Positions 12,601 to 25,445 of a stretch of 64,000 nucleotides of DNA are shown here, piece by piece (the stretch's first letter is position 1; every line of letters begins with the position of its first letter). Under the pieces are notes generated by a model. That model worked only from the letters and a program-made list of their open reading frames with translations, was not told the origin of the DNA and made no database searches. The stretch covers positions 1,612,001 through 1,676,000 of the forward strand of contig NC_088308.1 in assembly GCF_910592395.1 (NCBI RefSeq), in the 5' to 3' direction. The DNA is from Lineus longissimus. Lineage: Eukaryota. The translations under genes were made by a program, and so were the position numbers.

Positions 12601-15600
12601 ATGTTTGACCTTGGCGGCTTTTAACGTAAGACGCAGGTATTTTTATGAATTTCGGCATCATTTTTATGTTTGTAAGAATGCATACATTATTCAGTGGTAA
12701 TTTTTTGATAGTTTGTCACATGGATATGACTCTTTGCTAAGGGGAAATGTGATCTCATGGTTTTTGTAGAAACGCTTACGCAACGCGCCAGTCTGTCACT
12801 GACTTCCCTTATACGAAACGATGCGCCTCGCTTGCCGCGTTTAATGTTCAACAATGACAAAGCTCATTGTAATGAAATATTCATTTCAATTGTTCAAACC
12901 AGGAAAAGCCCTGGCGCCACTATTTCTGTGTGTAAACCCTTGGCGGAACACTCAACATTCACTGAATTTGATGTCGTGACATTGACATGTATTGCAATGT
13001 AGGTTAATAGTCACTGAGAGACAAAGGATTTCTGTTCGACACAGTTAAAAGTCTACTTAATCGAACTCAAATCCTCGCCCAACCTATTGAAGGAGCAACA
13101 GAGGAACATCTTTCATTCTGAATACTCCATAACGCTGTCTTAATGTTGATACTATAGGAATCAATTCAATCATTTGTTTATACATATCAATATCCAATGA
13201 ATTAACCTCTAGCAACTCTTCCCTGATAGCGTTTAGTCGGAATCATTAAGGTTCATGAACCCTTTATAATGCTGCTAACAAACCTATCATATTTACTCAC
13301 TTTCCTCGCCCTTTTATCAGATTAATTAGCTTTTTCTTATGATATCAGAACTGGTCCATTACGACCCATCAGTGGCCAGCTTCCTGGGGCTGTAGTGTCT
13401 TCCTAAACGATGGCATTGTTGGAAGTCTTTAATAATGAATGAAAACATTTGGACTTGTTACTTAAGGTGTATGCTACTAATTGAGGGGAAGGCAGTTTGT
13501 TTTCTTTGATATCTGATGTGGTTCACATTTGTAATGACTCTTTCTGGAAGCTGTATTCAGATTGCCACAGGGGTCATTTTCGAGGTAGCCTCTACGATAT
13601 ATCAATAGATAGTCTCTACGATATATCAATAGATAGTCTCGCTCTGTGAATTTTTGGATTTCCGAAAATAAGATTGGATGAGCCGTCCGCTCGAATTGTC
13701 AAATCAAAAGGGCCCAATTCTCCATCACCGGTGCAGCAATCAGATATTAGCCAATCACGAGACGTTATTTATTTTGGGGAGTTTGGTCGTATATTCGTAT
13801 ATTTAATGTGCCACTTGTGAGATATCCTCAGCAACATCGAGACAAGCTAATATGTTGTACATCTGACATCTGATGCATATCACTATTTAATGTAATAACG
13901 TGCCACTCAAATCAGTACAAGAACCAAATACAGGGTCACGGCCATGATACTGTGTAGCCAGGCATCTCGGAACCAAAACCTCCGTATTTATCACAGCACC
14001 AGAGGACGGTCGGCCTTCCGGGTGGACAAACAGATATTTAAATGGCGCCAGTTGTCATTGGAATAATTGCTTGAGCTTATTAGACCAATATGCTTTTTAT
14101 TATATACAAATTAGATATGCCGCTAATTAGTTCATGCCCATGTAATTTAACATTTGTATTTGAAATGCATTGTTAATGTCAACCTTCCTAAACCAAATAT
14201 TATTGTTCGGATGCCGTGCTAGTTATTTCCTTGAACTGATTTCCTATACATTCATACTGACTAAATGCAAGGTCTAGGTTGTACTTTCGGTTGCAGCCCA
14301 CGGATATCTGGCCCTCTGGTCAGAGAAGCATAACTGATCAATCCTTGTCAGGAGCAAACGGCAAGAAGGCCAAGGATGGCGGTTATGGAACATCGAGAAG
14401 TAGAACAACAGGAACCAAACAGAAAAAAATCTTGTCAAATAAATTGACCTGATCAAGATGAATGTTCGATTAATAATGAAGCGTCGTGGCCCCCGCAAAG
14501 ATATGAATCAAACACACCGGAAGGCTTCATTATACCATTATTCCAAGTGCTGATGTCGGTTCTGATACAGTGAGTTACAACTTGTACTGTGATACCATCT
14601 CCATTTTGAGCAGTGTCCCGCTTGCCATTAACATGTAGCAACGTTGTAATCATTACAAATCTAAAAGAGGGTGTCAAAAGGCAAGAGCCAGAAATCTACT
14701 CAATGATTAACACCCGCGAAGGTCGTTTTGTCGAAAAAGATCTCAAAGATGGTCAATGGAACCCTCTACTTCTAGGTTAGGAATAGAGGTTTTTTGCCAT
14801 TACATGTGCCATGAGTGTACCCTGACGACCATGATCGAGACACCTGGATATATACCCATCCTGAACGTACATACCAGACTGAGCTTACTCCGTCCTCCAT
14901 CCTTGTCAGCCTAAGAATGCGCCCGCTCGCTCAGATCGACAATCAATTCCTCTCGTAGCTTGATCTCGATGCTACAACATTCCATGCTAAATTACATTTG
15001 GTCCTTGGTGAGATAAGACTCGGTATCGCCACGGGACAGGAGACATTTGGCGACAAGACGCAAATATTAGGATCATCAGAGAGAAATAACATAAAGCACA
15101 TGTATCGTTGGAGTTGAGGAGGAAGGTCATAGGTTTCGATCACGCATGTTATTGGTTTGTTGATACATGAGCATACACATAAAATAAGCACGTAAATTAT
15201 CATAAAAAAGTGGGTTTTCATGATGATAGCTAACCTAGCCTATGGCTAACCGAATGCGTGCGATAGCAGGCACATCCTCTACATGTTTTCTTTAGCAACA
15301 TGGTAATAGCAATGTACATGTACTGGAAGCTAATTGATTCTTTGTATATAAACTAAGAGCAAACCTTATATCTTTATGACTGAGTTAATGAATGCGGAAA
15401 TCACCACCGTTTACAAACTAACTTTCTAAATACTTTCTTATCATGTTAAACAAAGTGGTAATCACGAGGACTCAGGTTCGGCATATCCAATTCACCATGT
15501 TGATCGGTAAAAGTACAAACATTTCGAGAGAAATAACTCAAAAAGAGCTCTTTTGTGCGGTTTCTCTCAGAAGAAAACCTCTATGTTTTCCTATATGACC

Positions 15601-18600
15601 CCAGGATACGATATTGGCAGAAACATCCATGGCTTAGGATCTGTCAGGTCACCTCAAGTTTCAATCAACACCAAACTGATGCAACTACCCCGGGGCACTG
15701 ACCCACCTAAGCCTACATTACGGAAAGTTGCACTTCTGAATCATCCGATGACCTTGCTGCTCCCCCTAAGTCATTTCCCATCTATAGCTGGTTATGCAAC
15801 GAACCGCTTCTGGGAGAAATTCGCGGCAATCCTTCATTCGCCATTGGCCAGTTATCATGATATGGTGAGAGTTGAATGAGCAAGTAACTCATTACACTAG
15901 GTGCCCGATTGCCACCAGACAACCCCCGATGCCAGACTTGGAGAATGCTCAGTTATCAAATGCCACTAACTCAGTTTTCATAAGTTTCTATTGACCACCT
16001 TCTTGCATTGACGGCCTCAATTATTGCCATGGGCAGTACATCAGAAAAGGAGGAACCTCTCACAGTTTTCCTTTCTAAGAAATGGTAAACAGATGCACAT
16101 TTAGCCTGCAATCGTACATGAGTATGTCCCCGAGGGCTTCAAGAAGTAGTTAAGGAATTAGGCCTTCACACAGCCAGTAATTGAAGAGTAAGTGGTTACG
16201 TTCCCTTGCACAATCTAACTCTACCTTCAATCAAAAGGATTCCATTCCGACCCAGTGCCGATTCCGACATACACATTCAGAGTCAGATTGTAGGGGGAGG
16301 CCACCCAACATTGTGTACAAACCTTCATATTATGAAGATTCCTCTTTATTTGATCTTAATTGTCGCAGTTAACCTGCTCAGAAAATGAATAATTCGCGTC
16401 GTACTTCTTTCGGTTTAAGATCGTCGTTTATCAGGCATACTGTACTGTTCATTATAGCCCTGGATAATGCTTAATGCTTCTTATTTGCACATGTACTGCA
16501 CACATACGTTCGCGTTGTCTGGTAAGATTTCGGTGAGAAATGACACTCAGCTGACAGCGAGTTTTCAACATCATTTACCGAGTTAACACCCTTGTGGTTT
16601 ATACTTATATAAAATGTGCATCATTTGACATCCCCTGCACCCGATAAACTATATTCGCGTACCATTTGTAAACAAGAGGCATATCATCTCTGCACTACAT
16701 ACTAAGTAGCTTAGAATTACATTTCGATTAAAAATGTATAAGTTCGCAACAATAGCCCACCGGAGCGTGGTAAGTAGCTCATTCGATAGCTCTTGCCGGG
16801 GTACTTAACAGATACTTCAGTGACTTTGAAAATGAAACTGCAGAAACGTATCGACTTCATTACCCTGATTTAAAATATTGATGTGTTTCCGTCACGAACA
16901 GTATTGTTTTGAGTAACGGGGTCCAAGTCCAATAAAACCATTGGTTTAGAACAACACATTTCTCAACAGACATGTAAACCTGACTTTTGGTTCGCCAACC
17001 ACATTTCCTATACAGTCATGTATACATCCTGACTATTTCCTCAATGAGACAAACTTCCAGCCACGGACTGAGAGTCACCAAAGCCTGACCCACCTCATGA
17101 ACTATACAACAGTCGACCGTGCCAACGACGATACCAAAAGAAATCGTACCCGAGCCACCATATCGATATGTTTCTAAGATTACAGGGAGATGTGCCGGAT
17201 ATGGAAAAATGACAGCGAAGCCTGCCAAGCTAATGGACGAAACTTAGAATTTAGAGATACCTCCATTGATAATGGCGAAGACAAAGGAAGTTATGGTGAT
17301 CTGTGATAGATCGCCCCATCTTAATGACAATTACGTTAATGGATTATAGCTGACGGGTGCATGTTGATCCATTCCTCTCGCCACAGGAACATATCTTCGA
17401 CAGATTGGCCGTGCACCGTTACCGTCTCTACCCCTCATAACGGCGTAGGAAATTACCTTTCAGAAAATCTATCATGGCGACGGAAATTAGTGACCACTGC
17501 CAGATATATTTCCGAGGAAGCTTTATCAATATTATACGAGTGAATTTAAACCTACTTCAAAGCACCGGTAATGCGTCGAAATTGAATATGATTTGTAACT
17601 TTGAGCCATTCGGATGTCCACGCCGTTTGGTTCTCGTATTGAGGGGATTAGGGTCCGATGCGGGGATTATTGGTAGAACATCGATCGTGTTTGCACCAAG
17701 GGTGGGGGGAGGGTGTGGACGCGGATAAAAGTAGTCCGGTTACGCCGACCCCTGGGATGGACGCAATGTTATCCAATTTATTGATGCAAAAGCTATTACG
17801 AGACCACCGGACAATACGATTGACCATATGATCGCACAGGAGAGGCAGCAGTTTGAGATGGGAAGGAGATATCGTGAACCACATTCGAGTCCGGCCAACT
17901 TTGGCTATCTTCGATCAGCAAAAACCACGAGGAGCAAGGTCGATATTGGTCAACCACTTGGAAAGCGGCGCGATCGGACAATGATCACACCGGCAAAATC
18001 TGACGATCACACACACAGCAATTTAATTATCCTTTGTAACTCGGAACGTTGACCACCACTAGGAATGTATAACAAACAAGATTAGGGCCCCTCCCAATGC
18101 TTTTTCAAAATACTATATATGTAAAGAAAGAACTAAGTGAACGAGCATTAGATAGAACGAAAAAATTATCTGTTCTCGAGAAAGATCAACTTCTTTTTTA
18201 TATCTTATCATGATTTTCATTGGCCGTGCAAGAAGAATTGTTCAAGAACATTGGTGAAAGCTGGGAAAGTAAGCCAAGTGGACCTATGGATATGACATTA
18301 CAGATTCGAGTATAAGTCATCAATTTTCTTTTCATGGTGTCACAGTGCATGACAAAAAGGTGTTTTTAGGCTGTTAGTCAAATTTCAAACTATTAACCCA
18401 TTAGTGTTAAAATGCTGTGATTTTTTCCAATATTTACTGAGCTATCTTTTTCGTTGTGGTGTTTCTCTCCGCAAGAAGTGAAGTCATTCATTTGATAAAA
18501 GTTTAGACAACTCTCTGTGTAAATGGATAACCATACGCAATTACAGTACTTCAGAATACATCAAAAACATGTTTAGTTCAGTTATTATACTAAGGACTAC

Positions 18601-21102
18601 TGAACAATTTTAAGAGTGTGCATCTCTCCCCAGGGTGAAATGCTTCGACGTGGTCGCTGACTAGCGAACCGGTGTCATTTTGGCTGCTTTATTGAATCAC
18701 CCTGGCCCAATTCATCATGATCGCTCATTACTTACCAGCAAATTACTACCTGTCCATCAGCAAGGTGACTGCGGTTCACAGCATTTGGAAAAACAGCCTT
18801 TTCGTCGATAGGAATCGAACCATGCATTCATTGTGTTTGAGTACCACGCAAGACAGCTCTGCAGCATGTTTCGTGTACGAAGCGTTGCTCCAGGGAATAC
18901 CTTGACCGCTGACAGAAAACGATGGGCAATTTCTGACACAGATTTTAACAGCGCATTGATTTGGTCGTAGCAAGGATGGAGCCTGGTTTTGAAATCACAG
19001 TCATTAAGATTTCTTGCTCTCCGTTAGCGGTATTTTCAGCTCATATTGTACTGACTTCCGTAAAAAGCTGCAAAAACTTCCGTAAATTCCAAACTCTCAG
19101 AACATTCTGTATGACAGCACCACAATTTACACCATCATCTGAAGTACCGTGGTTCACTACAAGTCTCAAATAACTGAAAATTGGATCATGGCCGTCTCAC
19201 ATGTCAACACCTTTATGCTAGGAGAGCTATAATGTAACTCACGGTACTGTCACACAATACCGATGGTCCTTGACAATTCGGAAGCACGTCGAGTGTGTGA
19301 AGATATGGAGGATATACCTGAACTTAACTGATATTCTCTGATTATTCTAATCTTGAGATAAGTTGATGGTTGTCGAACGCTCGGCAGTACGACGTCCGTG
19401 GCCCCAGTTTGTCTCGTTTCCTGGACCACGGACTCCTTGTTGGCGTCACAGTCAAGGATAGGACGTGTAGGGACAGACGGTGGACGACGGGAACGGCATG
19501 GCGTGTCATGCTCATGCCAGAGCGCGTGTAGCGGACCAGAAAAACCGGGATGACCCAATATGATCGCGAGATTCCTGTTACAAGGTACCTGTCAGTTGTC
19601 ATGTTGCCTTGGCTTTTGATAAAGAACAGAGTGCTCAAGCAATTGCCTTCCTTGACAAATTTTACACCAGATTTTGCACTTCACTGTGATAAGTTACTTC
19701 GGTCAGTTTGACACTCGTCGGGTATACTCCGTCTCCGGCCACCGCTCTATCGCTGACATGGCTTTGGGAGAGCAATGCTTTACTTGACGATGTGAGACTG
19801 CATCCGATCGAAGAGAAATTGCCAACCAAGATTTTCACTCCTCCAATTCCATGTATTTGGAAAAGGAACCATGCAGCTCAAGACAGTTTCGAATGAAACT
19901 AGTGTTTTCCCACATTACTGAGCCCAACTCCGCCCGGATACACGACGAGTTTTACAAGGTTGTGTGACGCCGCAGGTACTTCAAATTCGCCATGGAGACC
20001 ATTGGAGAAGTGACCGCCATTGACAGAGAAATTACATGTAATCTTAGCAAACAAAGTCAAGCTATCAAGGTCTTTCCCTTTGACGGTAGTACTCATTACA
20101 TGTTTAATTACTACAATAAAATATGCTTAACTTATAAAGATAAGAAGTCTCAATAAACGGCATTTGGCACTCTTTTAAAGTCAATAAAAGCAATCACGTT
20201 GGTAATACGAAGGTATAGTTTTGGAAAGAATGTTGTCTTTTGGGCTTCAGGGTGATAAAAGAAACACGAAGTCTGATGTAACAAAGATGATGCCATGACT
20301 GACGAAGTTACCATAATCCTCGTCATTCATTGACCACAATTACTCTGAAGTAACAGATTTACTGGTGATTACAAAGAGGAGGAGTTACGCCCAGCCCCAG
20401 ACTCCAGCAAGACACAATTCCTTTGACAGTAAAGCCGCTTCTATACCAGTGATTCATTAGGGAACTGAGATTACCAAGGTAATTGTTTGGAAATCATGAT
20501 TAGTTCTCACTACAATTCATCTACTGCGTCCTCAAATCAGGGATAATCCCGGATTATTGTAGCTTCAGCAACTGACAATCAGAGAGTGACGCATTAGCAG
20601 AGCAGAGGACCGGCAATTCAAATATCTGGGGTTCGAATCCCTGTCATGGCAACTTGATTTTCTGGACTTATGCCATTCGTTGTAAAGCGCTTGGTTTCTC
20701 ACAGTTCCAGTCTAGTCACAGCCAAGCTTATGAGACCAAATAACAGGGAGAGAACGTTAATTCGCCACAAACTTGCTTGATGGATGCTAAACTAACTAAA
20801 GAGAAAGGTCTTTAACTTGGTGCCTTACCTGTGTGGCTGAATATCATCCGCACAGTGTTTCCCCTCTTCCCATCTTTCGGGATCGTGCTAAACTTGTATC
20901 TGTCATATAAATCCAACATATATTTCGGCGCTTCTTCAATCTCCTCTTGTTTGTGATGCCGTATACTCGGAAACTCCTTAAATCCTAACATTTTCTTGAC
21001 AGCATGTTGTAGAATGACTGCCTGGTCGTCGCGAAGTTTCGTACTCGTCACAGTCCCCCAGAGGAGGGGTATTAAAAACACTAAGTTCCGGAACACCAAC
21101 AT
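6636..21102 (-). CDS. BMP3: BMP3/GDF10-type TGF-beta family ligand precursor, ~535 aa, 3 coding exons
   Basis: Exons 21102-20829 (ATG, signal peptide, PKYMLDLY prodomain motif), 8710-7569 and 6827-6636 total 1608 nt in frame with GT-AG introns. The mature domain [37 protein letters not shown]...[11 protein letters not shown]...PCCVP...[25 protein letters not shown] closely matches vertebrate BMP3/GDF10 as I recall them. Confidence 0.93.
13590..13640. repeat. 24-bp direct tandem duplication
   Basis: CTCTACGATATATCAATAGATAGT occurs twice in tandem. Confidence 0.9.
14340..14580 (+). mobile_element. Possible APE-endonuclease relic of an RTE-type LINE
   Basis: Fragments IDLIKMNVR (cf. QIDYI) and [10 protein letters not shown] (cf. 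GADVGSDH). Confidence 0.3.
19380..19885 (-). mobile_element. Degraded CR1-like LINE relic in BMP3 intron 1
   Basis: Frameshifted fragments HGIGG...[12 protein letters not shown] (cf. YGI.G..L.W..NFL.DR.Q.V) are followed downstream by RPILD and SPW...DKL. Confidence 0.4.
20590..20660 (+). mobile_element. tRNA-like SINE head or tRNA pseudogene
   Basis: TAGCAGAGCAGAGG (A-box-like) precedes GGGGTTCGAATCCCTG (perfect B-box/T-arm). I could not build a full cloverleaf. Confidence 0.4.
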
Positions 21103-22369
21103 CGTATTAACAGCGTCCTCGCAAGAAAAGATAAAAATGTGCTCCCAACACTTAAGGGTACGAGATTGTAGCAGCAGACAATTACATTGGAGATATGTAG
21201 AATTCTATATATCGGTAGATAACCTTACTAAAACAAGTAATATTATTCCCATGTACGTTGATGTTGTTTTAACACTCCAAGTGACGACGGTCTACATTTC
21301 CAGACCAAATTCTATTGACCATGAGGTCTATCTATTCCAGTTAGGTTCCGGCGTAAACAAAACACGAAGAAGAGTGGCGACAAAGAATATCAATTCGTAG
21401 TTAAACTGTCGATAGCATTCGTAAATCCAAGGAACACAATATCAATATGAATATGGGCGAAATGTGAAGTACTCCTGAAGTATCCTATGCAAAGTAGCTG
21501 TGATGTATAAAGTTGTTAAACTGAATTACGTTATAAACAACTTTCGTGAGAGAAAAAAAATTGAACGTTATGTGTGCAAGCTTGATGGATCCTCTTTGGT
21601 GAGTCCTCTCACGTGCTGTAGTTTATGTTGTGCGTTCGCGCAGCCATTTTAACTATCGACCAATAAAACACCGCGAATCTGGTCGTATGCAAAGTGAGAG
21701 TCCTCGCTTCTCTTGCGGAGTAGTCACAATCAGAGAACGCAGTCTCGGACTCGTAAACAGTCGCGTTGCTCAGGTCTGAATGAACAAAAATTACTGCCGC
21801 GAACTGAGCGGCGCCCGGAACATGAATAATGGTTCCTGGAACTGAATTGGGGTTCGCTGGTTTGGAGTAGTAAAGGCGGCTAATTAGCGAACGTGTGTCT
21901 TTGTCCACCGCCCCTGGTTGGCTCCGCGAATAAAGACATCAGCTCTCCGACCGTGGAGACATAATCGACCGCTTTCACTCCGGAGCCACAAGACCTGAAG
22001 CGTCGACCTCTGCTATCTCTTTATCTCTATTATTGCTAACATTGTCGCCGAGCTCTTGACTTTACAAGGTTTTGTACGCGACAATTCTGGAACTTCATTT
22101 CATTATAATCTTATTTACCTTGCGCCTCTTTGTAGCGAGTTGTGACTACGTTTTGATGCGCTAAAAGGGTGTCCAGTGGCGTCAGCGACAGTGTCCACTT
22201 TGGCGGGCTTTTTTCAAGGGATCAAATTCCTGACAGGGATGGCATTGTCCTCACTCAGATTTGGAATATTCGCCCTCAAGTTCTAAACAGTTACCGGTCA
22301 TTGGCAAGGTTGAGTGACCCGCTGTCAACGGGTCATGTTTCAAGGTCACGTACTACGCCCATGATATTG

Positions 22370-22705
22370 TACGAAGCTGACGTAAGACACGATCCAGTTT
22401 CATACATGAAGCCAGCTGACGTGAGGCATAATATATAGCCAATAAGGAAACATGATACAGTTCTACCCGTAGCTGACTAGAGACGTGATACATACATGAC
22501 ATATAGCTGACGTTGACATACGCGTAGCTGACGTCGTTTTATACACATACATTGTAGCTGACGTGAGACATATCGCTTTATACACGTAGCTGACATAAGG
22601 CGTGTAGTTTTAGACATGATACTCTATACAATGTACACGTAGCTGAGACGTACACGTATTGCTGACGTCAGACATGATTCGTTATGTATTTTAGCTGGCA
22701 TAAGG
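22370..22705. repeat. Degenerate short tandem repeat with a recurring GCTGACGT core
   Basis: About ten copies of (GT)AGCTGACGT.AGACATGAT-like units occur at 20-55 bp spacing. Confidence 0.75.
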
Positions 22706-24724
22706 TATCATCATCCAACCCATATGTGGTAAATGGCCAATGCATCATATTCGCGTTCTCCTTAGCAGACAAACATGACGGATACGTGCGAAGCCGAAAC
22801 ATTTCTCAATCGGTGATAAATCTCGGTTCATACTTGATCTGTTGATAGTAATCTCCAGTCGATTGGGAATAACAAGGTGAATGATTTAAGCATTGGCAAT
22901 AACTTTAACGCAATCAATGGTGTAAGAGTGCATAAAGAAACATTAGAGGTATGTTTGGGGGCAAATCTGATAATCCTCAAACCGCTTAGGGGTGATTTTG
23001 TTTAACGTCAGATTTGAGGTTAACTTGCATTACATTGGCCAGCTATGCAATTTTCTTAGGTATACAGATCGTCAAAGCATCTCACTAACGTTACAAAGAA
23101 ACGATGAGAGAGTCCAGTCTTTTGAATCGCCTCATTTGGCCAATTGTATACATATGTAAGAAACTATTTAGACTACAAAAACCCGCAGCCTTGGTGAGTT
23201 TTGTCGTCCAAAGTTAAGTGATGTAGCACTTTATAATCTTGAAAATCAGCAAAGAGACAAACATAATCTGAATTTGTAATTGAACAACAAATCAGGTTAA
23301 TTTCGCGGAAAGTTAATATTTGTGTCGCATGTTGTCGCGACTTGCTAGGAACATGTTTGCGATATTCTAGTGACACTCATCTGAAACACTAATTTGTGGA
23401 AGCGTCGCCCATTGTTCCTCCTAGTTTAAGAACTGTGACACTCATAACACTTCTTACTTTAACAACTCTTTAAATAAAAGTGGTGTTTATCAGATATATA
23501 AAACATGTTTTCCTGGCCGAAAGAGTCAAAATTATGGCAAATGCGGCGCTTGAGTTCCGAGGAATTCACTACACTTCGGTCGAAAGTTAACATGTAAAAT
23601 GGTGTAAAAACATAAAAGACATAGGTTGACATGCCCATCCCTCCACAAGATGAACCGCGGATCGGAGCCTGTTCCAACGAATAACAAAGACAGAACAAAT
23701 GTGTTTTTTTTTCTCTTGAGATTGTTGATAACATACCTTAACCCTTGAGCCGCACCTTGCGGATCAACCGAGGATCAATGATTAAGTCGAGTCATTGATC
23801 TCTGAACAACGCATAAATCAATACACAAATGAATGCATGGGTTTATTTTGGTTTTGGGAATGTTTGGAGTTAGAGTGCCGGGATTGGAGTTCTCAGTTTA
23901 CCAGATGATGGCATCCTTGTAAGGGACGACTTGACTTACAATGCTTATTTGGTGTACGCACTCGACGTAGAGATAACTAGAACATGGTTATAGCATGTAC
24001 GTGAACACTATGGTTTATACATTTAACTTCAACGTCATTACAATAATTGCACATCAGCAAACTTCTTTCTGTGTTAACATATTTAACATGAGAGGTCAAG
24101 CCAAAACATAGCGCTAATTTCGGCTTTTAAATAGCTTAAGTGTGATTGACTATGACGTTCAAACGTTTAGTTTAATCAGGCGACTTAACACCAAATGAAT
24201 GACAAGGGAACCTACATGTATACGCCCTCGTCACCACTTCAGACAGCCAAAGGGCCAACACTAAACAATACCAACACGTCAGATTAACTCTCAAGTGATT
24301 CATGAATAGTGTTTTAATTTGTCTAAATCTCTTGATCTTATGCGCTGTATAATCATCTCTGCTACAAATTTAGACTTATTTTTGCGGATATTTTCGCATT
24401 TGTTTCAAATGAACTGTTTTGACACCAAGGGTGCAGTATGCCATTGACCTGTCTTTCTCTGAAGTGGTTATTATGAATAATTTAATCAGGCGAGAAGGGG
24501 CTTTTACCTCGGTTTTAACATGTAACATTTTACATGTAATGGCCCACAACAATGAAACTAAAATTATCTTATAAATATTCGTCAAGAGAAAGTCAGTGAG
24601 ACTAAGCTTTAGTCGTCCCGTTTCAGTGCACACGTACATCTCACACGGTATGGATGAAACTCTCGTTGTTAGATCCGATTGATTCTCAAAACAACAATCC
24701 TAAACTTGATTGGTCCGATTAGCA

Positions 24725-25445
24725 TCACGTGACGAGTGTTATGCGACTTGATTTGTCCGAGTCCGATCACACATTTAATGGTGCACTGTATTGTAACATC
24801 AAGCTCATGTAAAAAACAGCAATCGAACTTGTTAACAAAGACTCTGAAATGATGCAACCTGAAGGTATGCGTACAATGTACCTTGACTCAAGCAGGGAGT
24901 CAAGCGTGATCAGAATCGTCGATGTAAGCTGGTGTAGAATGAACTCAAATCGGATCACCAACCATTCAAGTAACCGACCATTCAAGCAACTGGGATGTCA
25001 AAGACATCTTTCCTTGCCAGTCCTAACATGCTTGACATCTATAAAATACAGTCACAATTCTCGATATTCACGGTTTTGTAATTACTGCAACAGCCATTGA
25101 GTCCTCTTCACTCCCTCAAAGTATCAGCACTTGGCGATCAGGACGAAATACTTCCAAGTATGAAACTGATTCTCCTTATTTCCAATGGAGAGGTTTGGTT
25201 TCGGCATTACGCCGGTGACAGGGAGGGCCTTAGAGAGGTGGCGCACTCTCCTGACTCCCGGCCCACTCACCTATACAGCCACATGTATCTTGTGATGTCT
25301 TCGATTTTATTCCAAATTGGACCTGCGCATAGATAACGACTTCGTTTACAGAACCGTCCTAAGTCGTGGCCATTATGACTTTGAATGTGACTGTGCCTTA
25401 TAAGAACGACGAAGGCAATGATGATGATGATGATGATGATGACTA
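24725..25445 (+). mobile_element. Degraded L2/CR1-clade LINE 3' fragment ending in a (GAT)n tail
   Basis: Disrupted translations resemble RT/ORF2 motifs in the expected order: VMRLDLSESDH (cf. LLDLSAAFDTVDH), SRFCNYCNS (cf. SRLDYCNS), KLILLI. A (GAT) run at ~25418-25442 follows. Confidence 0.5.

Noticed and set aside
15553..15879. ORF with faint similarity to a BEL/Pao integrase C-terminus ([14 protein letters not shown])
   Set aside because: The similarity is too weak and compressed to support without a profile search.
20590..20660. Functional tRNA gene
   Set aside because: A B-box is present but I found no convincing acceptor or anticodon stems, so it is kept only as SINE-like.
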